Source: an uncultured Clostridia bacterium (lineage in GTDB: Bacteria > Bacillota > Clostridia > TANB77 > CAG-508). Taken from it: a DNA stretch of 60,385 nt. The notes under the pieces were generated by a model. It made no database searches. It was given only the letters and a program-made list of their open reading frames with translations, and was not told the origin of the DNA. A program made the position numbers and the translations under genes. Shown piece by piece: positions 1 to 11,300 of this stretch; position 1 is the stretch's first letter; every line of letters starts with the position of its first letter. The stretch is taken from positions 1-60,385 of the forward strand of contig CALXAU010000001.1 of assembly GCA_944386355.1 (NCBI GenBank), given 5' to 3'.

Positions 1-2
1 AA

Positions 3-116
3 ACTACTAAATCTGATGTTTTTCTTGCTGGTATTGCTCAACTTTTTACTGTTATTATTGCTGATAGTATGTCTAAATCTCAATATATCCGAAGTATTAA
101 AAAACTTGCTTGTTAA
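3..116 (+). CDS. 3' end of an unidentified gene (5' part outside window)
   Basis: The frame is open from the window edge to TAA at 114-116. The tail reads ...FLAGIAQLFTVIIADSMSKSQYIRSIKKLAC. No family recognised. Confidence 0.25.
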   Translation, partial: TTKSDVFLAGIAQLFTVIIADSMSKSQYIRSIKKLAC

Positions 117-336
117 TATTTGGTTTTCAATGTTCAAAAATTTTTATCATACATCCTTTGGAAATTTTTAATAATTACCTCAGGATTATTTGTCGTACTA
201 TTTTTTGTCTTTTTATTGCTACTTCTAAACTATTATTTTAAAAAAGCTTCACTTTTTTATGTTACTTTGCTTTTTTCTATTTAGTTTTGCAAATATCTAT
301 AAAATATAATTAATTCTTGTTTAATAATTATATTTC

Positions 337-466
337 AAAAAAAAAAAAAAAATAAATTTTTTTTAAAATTTTTATTTTATTTTGTTTTTTTATATTTATT
401 TTTACAAAAATATAAAAAAAAAAATTAATACTTTTAAAAAAATAAAACCAAAAAAAAAAAAAAAAA
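337..466. repeat. A-tract low-complexity block (A16 at 337-352, A11 at 414-424, A17 at 450-466) in nearly G/C-free DNA
   Basis: Read directly from the sequence. Confidence 0.9.
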
Positions 467-505
467 CAAAGGATTATTAAAATTTTTATTTTTATCTTCT
501 TTGTT

Positions 506-852
506 TTATATTCTCATAGTATAATAAATGTATTTTTTTAAGAATTGGCTTGCTTGTACATTTTTTTGTACATCATAACCTAATTTTTTCATATATGCAT
601 TTACTTTTTTCTTTTTATTAAATTTATTGTAAAATTCCGATCCTAGTTCTGTATATTTTTTATTTTCTTTTAACATATAATACATCAAATGTGCTACTGC
701 TACTTTTGCTCTATTTTTTTCCTTTCTTTACCGCTAATCTTTGGTATTGAGCATAGAAGAATGTTTTTTGATTTTTCTTTGCAATTTGTGTACATTCTGC
801 AAGAATTGCTTTTAGTTTTTTATTTCCTTTTCTTGTTTTTCCACGTCAACTT
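506..852 (-). pseudogene. IS110-family transposase, 3' remnant only, frame broken in a T7 run (714-720)
   Basis: Minus-strand translation gives RGKTRKGNKKLKAILAECTQIAKKNQKTFFYAQYQRLAVKKGKK*. One frame over it continues NRAKVAVAHLMYYMLKENKKY...AYMKKLGYDV. This resembles the C-terminal part of IS110-type transposases. The catalytic N-terminal half is absent. Confidence 0.45.
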
Positions 853-887
853 TTAGGTTAGTTACATGTTGCGTTTTTGTCATTGTT

Positions 888-1024
888 CCAATTTCACGCA
901 AGTAAAATTGTGTTCATTAATTGCTGTTATAGGAAAATCTTCGATTTTTCCTATAACAGCACAAATCGGAAAGCCTTATAATCCATAAAATTTTAACATT
1001 TTTCTTCATCTCTTAAGTAAATTT
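888..1024. repeat. Copy A of a dispersed intergenic repeat family (modules CAAGTAAAATTGTGT and ACAAATCGGAAAGCC...CTTAAGTAAATTT) with a 15-bp perfect hairpin at 933-970
   Basis: Matches segments at 34073-34220 and 35577-35780. Hairpin: GCTGTTATAGGAAAA-tcttcga-TTTTCCTATAACAGC. Confidence 0.8.
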
Positions 1025-1026
1025 AT

Positions 1027-1278
1027 CTATATTAATATAACTTCTGTTCCATTTCTTATATTTGCTTCTCTAACACTTAAATTTATATCATATGCTCTAG
1101 CGGTAAGTTTATCATACAAAATAGGCATTTTATTTGTCTTGTAATATCCTCCACTAAATTCATATAATGCTTTCATTAATAAATTAATAACATTATAAAT
1201 TTTTCTATTTAAAGGTATCCAGACATCATATTGTTTTTCAAGCATAGGAACATATAATTTAACCAATACTTTATTCAT
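1027..1278 (-). CDS. YukD/EsaB-like ubiquitin-fold protein (type VII secretion accessory)
   Basis: 83-aa ORF. Its size and C-terminal ...IRNGTEVILI pattern resemble YukD-family proteins. It lies next to an EssC-like fragment. Confidence 0.4.
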   Translation of the reverse strand: MNKVLVKLYVPMLEKQYDVWIPLNRKIYNVINLLMKALYEFSGGYYKTNKMPILYDKLTARAYDINLSVREANIRNGTEVILI

Positions 1279-1349
1279 TTTTTATCTAATTCCCTCCTTG
1301 TCACAAATCTGATTGGTTTCAAAAAAGGTTTGTCGCCTTTCTTGTTCTT

Positions 1350-2096
1350 TTATAATTCTCCACTTTCTTTCATTCCTAACAGTTTAATTAAAGTTGCTTG
1401 TCCTTGTTTTACCATATAACCAAAACTACGCCCGCAATTATTTTCTATATCTTTATTTGATGAATTTACATCTATTAAATACTGATCGCTAATTCCATTT
1501 CCTATCCAAATTCCATTGTCTCCTGTAATATTATTTTTATACCATATATCATACTCATGATTTTTTAATCTAACTGAATTTTCAGCAATAATAAAATTAT
1601 ATTTTTCTAATTTCATAGCATTTTTTAATAATTGATTAAATTGCTCTTCGTTAATCTCTAATTCATTTAAAAATTTATCTATTCCTATTATTATTACTAA
1701 AAAGTTATTTCTTCTGCTTTTTATTTTGTTATTTTCTAACTCTATCTTAAATTTATCAAAAATAGAATTAAAATTGATTGTTCTACTTTGTATTATTTTT
1801 TCTGCATCAAATATAAATTTATATTTTTTAAATAATTTAATTCTTCTAATAAATGAGAAATAAATTCTATTATATCTTCTATATTCCTAGATGTAACAAT
1901 AGTTATTAGGTTTTTGGTAAAATCATATGTACATATGTTAAGATCTTTTTTTCTAATTCCAATTGGAATATTAGAAATATCTTTCATTTCGTTTTTTATT
2001 TGTTCTAATGTTACTTTAGTTGGTAAAATTGGAATTGTTTTTGCAAATACTTTATTTTCTTGTTTTAATTTTTCAATTACTTCTTTTAAGAGTTAA
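1350..2096 (-). pseudogene. EssC/FtsK-SpoIIIE-family ATPase, C-terminal fragment only (5'-truncated, also frame-broken near 1809-1811)
   Basis: Minus-strand translation ...TKVTLEQIKNEMKDISNIPIGIRKKDLNICTYDFTKNLITIVTSRNIEDIIEF... continues in another frame as DAEKIIQSRTINF...NNFLVIIIGIDKF...GIWIGNGISDQYLIDV...GRSFGYMVKQGQATLIKLL. This resembles the last FtsK-like domain of EssC. It begins immediately after the terminator of the upstream adhesin gene. Confidence 0.45.
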
Positions 2097-2148
2097 AAAA
2101 ACACTTTTACAAACTTTATTTCATTAAAGTTCATAAAAAGTGTTTTTT
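2095..2148 (-). terminator. Long AT-rich hairpin followed by a T-run, downstream of the 2063-aa gene
   Basis: Outer stem AAAAAACACTTTT (2095-2107) pairs with AAAAGTGTTTTTT (2136-2148). There is an inner stem AACTTTA/TAAAGTT. Confidence 0.5.
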
Positions 2149-2153
2149 AATTA

Positions 2154-5100
2154 TTATTTATATTTTCCAAGTACAAATTTCTTAATTGCAATAACTCCCA
2201 ATCCTATAGCCATAAAAGATGTTATTCCTATAATACTGTATAATATATAATTTTTATCTTGACCTGTAGGTGGTGTTATAATTACATATTCTGCACTAGC
2301 ATTGTCCATTTCAGAATTTTTAGAATCATTTACACCCAATTTTGGAATATAGTTTCCTGGTATAGATTCTTCTATATATCCTCCACCTGTTTTATCAACT
2401 TCCAAAATTTCTGCATTGTTTCCAAAATTTAATTCTTCTGAACTACTTGCTAGTAATTTAGATACCATATATTTAACAGATGTACTTTCTCCAGATTTTA
2501 ATGTTTTTCCTTTTAACTTTTCAGTCCACAATATATTATTATAATTCTTTAAATCATTTTTTACTTCTTCAGAAATCTTTTTATCATTATATAATTCTAT
2601 TGCAGTTGTTGCTTTCCAATCTTCATCTTCTTGAATAAATGTTAAGTTCTGGTCTAGATAATCAACTATGCTTTTAGCTTCAATTGTTATCTGTTCTCCT
2701 TGTTTTTGCCCAAATTTATAATAAGGGTTATTATCATTATATAGAACTCCATTTTCATCTGTTATAACATAATCTAACTCACTTTCATTAGTAACAACAA
2801 ATTCATATTGTAACTCTAATTTTGCACCTTGTATTATTTCTTGATCTACTTCTATGCTTAGTGCTCCTGGATAATTTGGTCCTGTTGGTACATATTTAAT
2901 CCATTTAGCATTTTCCTCTAATTTTCCGTCAACAACACTTGTATTTATTAAATCTGAACCATTAGCTAAAACAATTCTTATATTAGTTACTTTTTTATCT
3001 AAACCTACTCTTATAATTGGTCTTTTTGCTACACCAAAATTCATTTTAGACATTTCGAAAGTTCTATCTAATATTCCTGAACCATTATTTCCTCTTTCTA
3101 ATTCTATCCCCACATCTATTATTGGTGTATATGCTGTTATTGTTTTAGATGTATCTGCTGTTGATAAATTATTTTGGTTGTTTATAGATTTTAAATCACT
3201 ATCTATTTGTAATCTTTGAGACATATCATCTATAGCATTTGAGTATTCCTCATCACCTTGTTGATAATCTACATACCATTTTGGATCTTGAAGTGCAAAA
3301 TTATATCTATTTGAATCATTAAATATTGTACTCTTATATTGTTGTACTGGATAATTTGCATCTCCCCAAGTATATTTTAATGTATATTCACCTGGTATAA
3401 ATCCTTCTATTGTATAAGAACCGTCTGCTGCTGTTGTTGTTTCGTAAGTTTTTCCAATAGAATTTTCCACTAGTGTAACTTTTACTCCTTCTAATCTTTT
3501 TGTATCTTCTGCTGTTAGCTTTCCGTCTCCTAATCTTTCAGCTCCTGTTACTGTAGCATCTGATGTTTTGTCTTCAAATACAACACCTTCTACTTTTCTT
3601 TCTTCATTTTTTACTAATTTAAATGCTGGTGCTGAGTCTGTATCATCTTCATATGTATCTACATTTCCTGGAGTTGCATTTCCTGGTGCTGAGTCTTTGT
3701 CTACACCCGCATATTCTTGATTATTAGTATCATATGTTGAATATGCCATTATTTCTAATACATTATTTAATATAACTTCTTTATCACTTAATATGTCTGT
3801 AATTTGCTCTCTAGTTAATTGTATTTGTGTGCATATTGTAAGCTGTTCTTGAGGATTTATTGTTTTATCTATATTTGCATAAGAATAATTATATTCTTGT
3901 GTCGCATTTGTAGTATTAACATATTTACTATTTGGACTCCAATTTACAGTTTCATTACTTCCGTCTATCCATGACTGTACTATTCCTGCATATTTATTAT
4001 CATAGTAATTTACTATTTCTGTTGGCTTCATTTTCAAAGTTGTAGATTCATTTTTTATTGCTGTTTTATATGTTACAAATACTTTCATTTCTTTACTTTG
4101 ATCTTCTACATAATTTACATCTGCTGGATAAACTGGTCTTGTGTATGCCATAGAACCATATTTATTTCCAAATTTAACAGTTACATCTACATCAAATAAA
4201 TTTTCTTGTAATTTATTTCCATAATAATATGTGTATTCTTTATCATTTATAGTTATTTTTACATTATCAATATCATTTACTAGTGCAATATCTGGTTGTT
4301 CTCTGTAATATAAACCTAAATTAATATTTGATGCAATTCCTGTATAAGGATCATATGCTGAAGATATTTCAAATCCTGCTTGTTTTGTTGTACTTGACAT
4401 ATGATATTTATCTTGTGCATAATTTTCTGGGCTTGTATATTGTATACTTCTTTTATATTGATCTTTTGTATATTCTATAGTTCTATTTGAAGAATATGCC
4501 ATACTTGTATCGCCAAAATTATTTGATGATATTGTTGAAAATCCTTTATTAAAGGTTTCTCTTGAAATTTCAGCTGCTTTTGAGCCATTTTCTTGTTTCA
4601 TATAAGCAGTACTTACCGCTTCGAATTTCATACCATTGTAGATAAATTCGATATTTGCATTTTGCAATAAATCAATATCTACTCTTTCAAAACTATATTC
4701 TCCATTAGAATTTGTAGTTGTTTTTAGTTCTACATTACCACTTCTAAAGATAACTTCTACATCAGATAATAAATTTTCTCCTTGAGTATATTTATCATCT
4801 CTTAATGAGCCTTTACCTTCTTGACCGTCTTCCCATACAATTCCTTTTACATCAATATATTTTCTTCTATTTTTAACAGTTATTTCTGTAATTGATGTAC
4901 TTCCAGCAGTTAATGTAACTTTTTGTGTTTTTGTTAAAATTTCATATCTATCAGGTGTTGCTGTTTCAACAATTTCGTACTCTCCAGCAATTAAATTACT
5001 AATACTTATTTCACCATTTGAATTTGTTACTAATTCTACTGCTGAACTTTGATATGAATTTTTACTTGCAGAACCACTAGATATATTAACATATTTTCCT

Positions 5101-8100
5101 TTATACTCACTAGGTCCGTCAATCATTTGTATTGTAAATTTTGCTCCTTCAAGCTTTTGAGCTGTTATATTATCTTCTTTCTTAATTTTTAATCCAGCTA
5201 CTAAATTTGTTTCATTTGTTACTGTTTGTTCTAATGTATTATTTGCTTGTATTTCAATATAAATTTCCATGCTATTTACAACATATCCATAATTTGGATT
5301 AGCTGTTTCTATTAATTTATAATTTCCAACTTCAAGATTTTGTATTTCTATAATACCTGAACTATTTGTTACAAATTCTTGTGCTGTACTTGAATAAGAG
5401 ATCGTTCCATTTGCAGATCTATTTACATATAATCCGTCTGATCTTAATATATTAAATGAAACATTTGAAAGTTTTTCTCCTGAAGATCCCTCTTTAATTA
5501 TTTTTAAATGACCATACTCTTTCTTTTTGTCATTCTCCCATAAAATTTCTTTAGTATTATTTGTTTCTATTTGAACAGTTTCATTAGTTTTTGAGATAAT
5601 ATATCCTGTTGGTGCTTCTACCTCTGTTATTTTATATGTTCCTACATATAATCCTTGTAAATTAATCTCACCATTTGAATTTGTTTGTAATATATACGAA
5701 GAATTTTGATATGAGTTTTCACTTACTGTTCCATTTGATATATTTATATATTTATTTTTATATTCTTCTGGTCCGTCTGTCATTTGAATTGTAAATTTAG
5801 CACCTTGTAATAATTGTTTTGTTTGACTATCCACTTTTTGTATTTTTAGATTTCCAGTTTCTGGTTCTGGTTCTGGTTCTGGTTCATCTTTTCTATTCTC
5901 AAATGTTTTTGTAGCTGTTTGTTTGTTTGTTACTTGAACTCTTTCACTACCTGTTGAAGCAATATATCCTGTTGGAGCTTGTACCTCAACAATTTCATAA
6001 ACACCTTCAACTAAATTTTGTATCCATATTTCTCCATTTGAATCAACTTGTATTTCTTCTGGAGTATTTTGATATGTAATATCTGTAGGACTTCCATTTA
6101 TTTTTACATATTTACCCTTATATTGAGAATTTTCTGATGTTGTATCTACTAATTGTATAGTAAATTTTGCACCTTGCAACCTTTCCTTAGTTGTATCATC
6201 TACTTTTATTATTTGCAGACTTCCATATTCAGGCTCTCCTTTTTCATTTTCAAAGGTTACTTTTGTTTCTTGTTTACCTCTTACTACTTCAGCAGTTTTA
6301 CTTTTTGTTGTTATAATATATCCTTCTGGTGCTTCTACCTCTGTTATTTCATAAGTACCTGCTATAACATTTGAAATATATATTTCTCCATTTGCATTTG
6401 TAGTTAATTCTACAGGTGTTTTTTGATAAGAACTTTCTGTTGCAATTCCACTTGATCTATTTATATATTTTCCAACATAATCACTTGGTCCGTCTATCAT
6501 TTTTATTGTAAATTTAGCACCTTGTAGTCTTGCACCACTTTCACTATCTGTTTTTACAATTCTAAGTTCTGATAATTCCTTTTTATTATCAATTATTTTT
6601 GTAGTATTTCCTTCTATTTCAACATCTACTTTTACATTTTCTACAATATATCCATAATTAGGATTTATTGTTTCAATTATAGTATATTTGCCAATTTGTA
6701 ATCCTTTTAATTCTATTATTCCTGATGTGTTTGTCATGAAAGTTTGTGGGCTACTTGTATATGAAATAGTTCCATCTGTTGACATATTTACATATTGTCC
6801 TTTTTCATTTTTTATTTCAAACCCTACATTTGGAAGTCTAGAACCTGTTTGATCTTTTTTTATAATTTGTAAATCTCCTAATGAATTTGCTTTACTATAA
6901 TTCCATGTAACTGAATTTTCTTTAGTTTCTTTATATCCTGCATATGCAGCTTTACATTGTGCTTGTGCAGATGTTCCTGTAAGTAACATTGAAAGTGCAG
7001 AATATTTCTCAAAAGAAGTTTTTGCTGTTATTGTTGCTTTTTCTATATTTTTAGTTCCATTTATTTTTATATAAAAAGTATCATTTGATAAATTTGTTTT
7101 TTCCTTTTCTGTAAAACCTGTATAACTACCGTCTGAGTTTTTCTTAACAAGCATTACATCTTCTTGGACTATACTATTATCTCCATTTGTTGGATATAGC
7201 TTTATTAATTGATTAAAATAATTTTCTTCATTATCTTTCATTGTTTGTAAATCAGAATTACTAGATGTTGGTCTACTTGGTTGTTTATCAATTTTTATTA
7301 CATAACTTTCATTATCATTTATTTGTAAATTTACTTCTTTAAATTTTATCCATGGCGCAGTAGTTTGATAAGCAAGATCTGAACTAGTTACTGCTGATGC
7401 AGATGTTGATTTATTTGTTCTGTTTACTATGTATACATTTTTTTTATTAAATTTTTGAGCAGTTAATCCTACAATTCTTTTATAATCGTTTTGATCGTCA
7501 TTATTTTTATATGAAAATTTGAAAGGTCCAATATATGTTGATCCATTTTTTGTTTCTACTTTTATATTTTTTTCATCTGATATTTTATCAGGTTTTTCTT
7601 TATAATTAGTTGCAGCTTCTCCATAAGCTTCTGCCTCATCTCTTATTGTCTGATATGCATCACCACCTGATGCTAATCCGTCTTCTCCAAAGAAGCTAGA
7701 TGAAACACCTTGGTTCATCAAAGTTCCTTTTAAATCTCTAAATAGTTTTTGCAAAGCTTCTTTTGATTGGAAATTTGCAGTTGTTCTTCCTGTTCCTTCT
7801 ATCATTATTTTATCATCTAAAACATTTTCAACATATCCATATCTTAATCTATACCACATAGAATATGCCATTGCATTTATTTTTTTAGCTTCTGTTGTAT
7901 TTGTTATTTTAGTTGGAGAAGGTCTATTATTTTTATTAGAAGAATTTACAATTTGTATTGTACTTAAATAATTACCACTTGATTCTTGTCCATAAATTCT
8001 GTTTAAATACATAAGTTCAGAAACTTTATATGTTCCATTATCTGCATCCTTTTTTTGGTGAAATAAACATACACCAGCTCTATTCCATTGCATTGACATA

Positions 8101-8345
8101 GTTCCACCTTGTCCAACATGGTCTATCGCATTTTTTAAATTACTCATGTTAGCAAGATTAAAAACGCCTACTGTAAGTTCATTTTTAAATGATCCCGGAT
8201 ACAGTGACATAAGATATGCTATCTCTGTATCTGTCTGTACCTTTTTTAGTTCATCCATTATATCTGCATGAGAAGTTGTAGTTAATGTAAATATACTAAT
8301 AAATGATATTATTAAAATTTTTATAAGACTTTTCATCTTTTGCAT
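2154..8345 (-). CDS. Giant sortase-anchored surface protein, type B, copy 1 (2063 aa)
   Basis: Has a signal peptide and an N-terminal domain shared with the 1569-aa paralog (motif G-x-CLFH). It carries six SpaA/Cna-B-type repeats (...L.GAKFTIQ...EV.AP.GYI...), plus SdrD-B-like and DUF11-like domains (...DKDSAPGN...EDDTDSAP...). The C-terminus is TPPTG (2262-2276) + hydrophobic helix + KKFVLGKYK. Confidence 0.8.
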   Translation of the reverse strand: MQKMKSLIKILIISFISIFTLTTTSHADIMDELKKVQTDTEIAYLMSLYPGSFKNELTVGVFNLANMSNLKNAIDHVGQGGTMSMQWNRAGVCLFHQKKDADNGTYKVSELMYLNRIYGQESSGNYLSTIQIVNSSNKNNRPSPTKITNTTEAKKINAMAYSMWYRLRYGYVENVLDDKIMIEGTGRTTANFQSKEALQKLFRDLKGTLMNQGVSSSFFGEDGLASGGDAYQTIRDEAEAYGEAATNYKEKPDKISDEKNIKVETKNGSTYIGPFKFSYKNNDDQNDYKRIVGLTAQKFNKKNVYIVNRTNKSTSASAVTSSDLAYQTTAPWIKFKEVNLQINDNESYVIKIDKQPSRPTSSNSDLQTMKDNEENYFNQLIKLYPTNGDNSIVQEDVMLVKKNSDGSYTGFTEKEKTNLSNDTFYIKINGTKNIEKATITAKTSFEKYSALSMLLTGTSAQAQCKAAYAGYKETKENSVTWNYSKANSLGDLQIIKKDQTGSRLPNVGFEIKNEKGQYVNMSTDGTISYTSSPQTFMTNTSGIIELKGLQIGKYTIIETINPNYGYIVENVKVDVEIEGNTTKIIDNKKELSELRIVKTDSESGARLQGAKFTIKMIDGPSDYVGKYINRSSGIATESSYQKTPVELTTNANGEIYISNVIAGTYEITEVEAPEGYIITTKSKTAEVVRGKQETKVTFENEKGEPEYGSLQIIKVDDTTKERLQGAKFTIQLVDTTSENSQYKGKYVKINGSPTDITYQNTPEEIQVDSNGEIWIQNLVEGVYEIVEVQAPTGYIASTGSERVQVTNKQTATKTFENRKDEPEPEPEPETGNLKIQKVDSQTKQLLQGAKFTIQMTDGPEEYKNKYINISNGTVSENSYQNSSYILQTNSNGEINLQGLYVGTYKITEVEAPTGYIISKTNETVQIETNNTKEILWENDKKKEYGHLKIIKEGSSGEKLSNVSFNILRSDGLYVNRSANGTISYSSTAQEFVTNSSGIIEIQNLEVGNYKLIETANPNYGYVVNSMEIYIEIQANNTLEQTVTNETNLVAGLKIKKEDNITAQKLEGAKFTIQMIDGPSEYKGKYVNISSGSASKNSYQSSAVELVTNSNGEISISNLIAGEYEIVETATPDRYEILTKTQKVTLTAGSTSITEITVKNRRKYIDVKGIVWEDGQEGKGSLRDDKYTQGENLLSDVEVIFRSGNVELKTTTNSNGEYSFERVDIDLLQNANIEFIYNGMKFEAVSTAYMKQENGSKAAEISRETFNKGFSTISSNNFGDTSMAYSSNRTIEYTKDQYKRSIQYTSPENYAQDKYHMSSTTKQAGFEISSAYDPYTGIASNINLGLYYREQPDIALVNDIDNVKITINDKEYTYYYGNKLQENLFDVDVTVKFGNKYGSMAYTRPVYPADVNYVEDQSKEMKVFVTYKTAIKNESTTLKMKPTEIVNYYDNKYAGIVQSWIDGSNETVNWSPNSKYVNTTNATQEYNYSYANIDKTINPQEQLTICTQIQLTREQITDILSDKEVILNNVLEIMAYSTYDTNNQEYAGVDKDSAPGNATPGNVDTYEDDTDSAPAFKLVKNEERKVEGVVFEDKTSDATVTGAERLGDGKLTAEDTKRLEGVKVTLVENSIGKTYETTTAADGSYTIEGFIPGEYTLKYTWGDANYPVQQYKSTIFNDSNRYNFALQDPKWYVDYQQGDEEYSNAIDDMSQRLQIDSDLKSINNQNNLSTADTSKTITAYTPIIDVGIELERGNNGSGILDRTFEMSKMNFGVAKRPIIRVGLDKKVTNIRIVLANGSDLINTSVVDGKLEENAKWIKYVPTGPNYPGALSIEVDQEIIQGAKLELQYEFVVTNESELDYVITDENGVLYNDNNPYYKFGQKQGEQITIEAKSIVDYLDQNLTFIQEDEDWKATTAIELYNDKKISEEVKNDLKNYNNILWTEKLKGKTLKSGESTSVKYMVSKLLASSSEELNFGNNAEILEVDKTGGGYIEESIPGNYIPKLGVNDSKNSEMDNASAEYVIITPPTGQDKNYILYSIIGITSFMAIGLGVIAIKKFVLGKYK
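5859..5885. repeat. Hexanucleotide microsatellite (TTCTGG x4 plus a partial unit) encoding an (EP)n linker
   Basis: Read directly. The minus-strand translation is EPEPEPEPE. Confidence 0.9.
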
Positions 8346-8354
8346 TATTTTTTT

Positions 8355-11300
8355 CTACCTCCTTCTCTTTATTATATATACATAAATTGATAATGCTATT
8401 ATAGTTATTATAATTGCTACTATTCCCACAGTTTCTTCTATCCCTGTACTTACAGAAATTATAGCATTTGCTGTACTTATATCATCTTCCCCTTCTTTTC
8501 TGTTACCAGCAACAGAGTCATAATCTGTAACCCCTGTTGTGCTAATACTTTCTCCAACTTCTGCTGTATTTACTACCATTACAGTATCTTCTGAATTTAA
8601 TGTTTTTGTTAATATCAATGTAATTTCCTTAGTTTGACCCACTTCTATTTTTTCTTTACTTAGGCTGTTTGTATGAACATTTCCGTCTGTTCCCATATAC
8701 CAATCTTTGTTTAATTCTGAATTAAATTTATATCCTGTTGGAATATAATCTATAATATCATTTACATAGCCTTCTAATTCGCCTTCATTTTTTACTACTA
8801 TTTTATATTCTATTAATACTGTTGACCCGTCAAATTGTTTTGAGTGTATTTCTATTTTTGGTAAATCCCCATGCTTATATTCTTCAGATTTTGTTTCTTT
8901 TTTGTTTTGTACAATTATTTTACTTACATATTTTTCTAGTGATAGGTCAAATTTTTGTTTTTCTATAAGTCCTAAATCAATATTTTCTTTATCATTATTT
9001 AATATTGTAATTTTGTCTGTTAATGCAACTTTTTGTTCTTTATTATCTATAGTAATTGTTTTTTCATTTGCATCTGAATTATTACTTTCATCTACATTAG
9101 TTTTTTGATATTGTGTTATATCATAAGTCTGAGAGTCGTACATAAATATTACACTATATTGTCCATTTTTTACTTCAAATTCATATTTACCGTCTGCACT
9201 TGTTGTTTTTTCTATTACATTATTATTTTCATCTTTTACAAAATTACCTTCTAAATCTACTAATCTTACTTTTACATCTGATATTAATTTTTCTTGTGGA
9301 TCTTTAGTTCCATTTTTATTTTCATCTAACCAAACAGCACCACTTAATTTATATTTTGTACTTTCTTCATCATTATTATCTCCTCCTGGATTATCTGGAT
9401 CTTCTGGGTTACTTGGATTGTCTGGGTCTGTTGGCTTTTCTGGATTTTCTGGATCTACTGGTTCTTCATTTTCTTTTACTTTAAATATAATTTCTTCTGT
9501 ATCTTTATGAATACTGTTATATTCTATACTTGCTATATTTTTTACAGTATCAGAAGTAATCTGTGCTGTGTCTACTATTGAATCTATTTTTACTATTATT
9601 TGACTATTTCCTTCTATTTGCCCATTGTGAACAAATCTATTTTGAACAACTTCTTCTGTAATATCTTCTTCCTTATTTTTTGTTTGTAATTTAACACTTT
9701 GTATTATAAAAGCATTTGATAATACATCTTCTATTTTTACATTTCTTGCTTCTTCATCATGATTTGTTACTGTAATTTCAAATTTTATATTATCACCTGT
9801 TTTAATATATGAACCATTTTCTATATTACTTGTTTGTGAAATTTCCATATGTGTTTGACCTTGTAATAGCTCTTTTTTTAGTAAGTTAGAAGTATATACT
9901 TTTGCGTCTTCAGTAGTTGCTTTTGCAATAATACTTATTTCATCTTTTTCTTGCTCAAAAGACAAACTATCTGTAAATGGTACTATTTTTATTTCTGTTG
10001 CTTCTTCTGCATTTAACCAATTTATTTTTAATTTAAGTTTATTTTTTTCTTGTTCTAATATTTCTATTTTACTTTCGTCAAAGCTTAATGTACTTATTTT
10101 TTCTACATCCAATAAATCTGATAATGTAACTTCTACTATTGTATTATTTACAGTCTCATCTGACATATTTTTTATTTTTAATTTTGTTTCAAATATTGTA
10201 GAAGAATATATTGGTGTTTCCTCAGTATTTATGTATTCCATTAATAATTGTAATTTAGCTTTTTCTATATCATTTTCCATAAATACAACTTCTTCTTGTG
10301 TATTATTTAATTCAAATGTTAATTTAGCTTCTGTTTTTTCTTCTTCTGTATCTTGAATAATTTCTTTGTAATTTAAAGTAATGCTTGCTCCATTAGGTAA
10401 GTTGTCAATTACATCAAATATTTTTTCATCTGTTTGTTGTTCTTGATATATATGTTCTTTAACGTCTGTTTCTCCAAGCTCAGGATTTGATAAACTTATT
10501 TCTTGTAAATCATATAATAATGCATTTGTCTGATTTGCTTTTACTTTAAGGTTTTGTATATCTACTCCAGTATTATTAGTAATAGTTATTTCATAAGATA
10601 TCATTTCTCCTGTTTTTACAGTATCTTCTGAATTTATTTGTTTATCTCCAACAACTGCTTTAACTTTTGTTTCTAACCCCTCTATTGGATTTGTAGTTAC
10701 ATCTTTTAGACTTTCATCTGGTGATGCTTTTAATAATATATTAGAAGATTGTTCTTCTTCTTTTCCTAAAAAGTTGTAATTTACATTAACACTTGACATT
10801 ATATCTTCTGAAATTTGTCCTGGTATTGATAAATTATATCCAACTAATACAGATTGTGCTGGTTCAATACTATTTTGATCTATTGTAATTTTATATGCTT
10901 TTTGATTTTGTGAATATTCTATTTTTGCATTTTCAATATTTGTTGTAATTTCATTTATTGTTGCACTTTTATTTTCATCAACATTTCCTTCTATGATAAT
11001 GTTTTCCACATTTTGTGAATAATTGTTGATAACTGAAATTTGTCCTTTAATTGTTTTTGTTTCTTTATTTACTTTTATTTCTTGTTCTTTTTGCTTATCA
11101 TCAACTGTTTCAACAAGCCTTTGATTATTTTCTTCTATTTTGTTATATAAAAGTACTCCATATTTTGAAACAATGTTTAATTTTAATCTTTCTTCTTGTA
11201 TATTTCCCTCTTCTCTATTTTGATTTGTATATCTTAATATAAGTTCACTTTGTTTTGTTGGACTTTCTTTCTTTAGTGTAATATCACATGTTATTACTAT

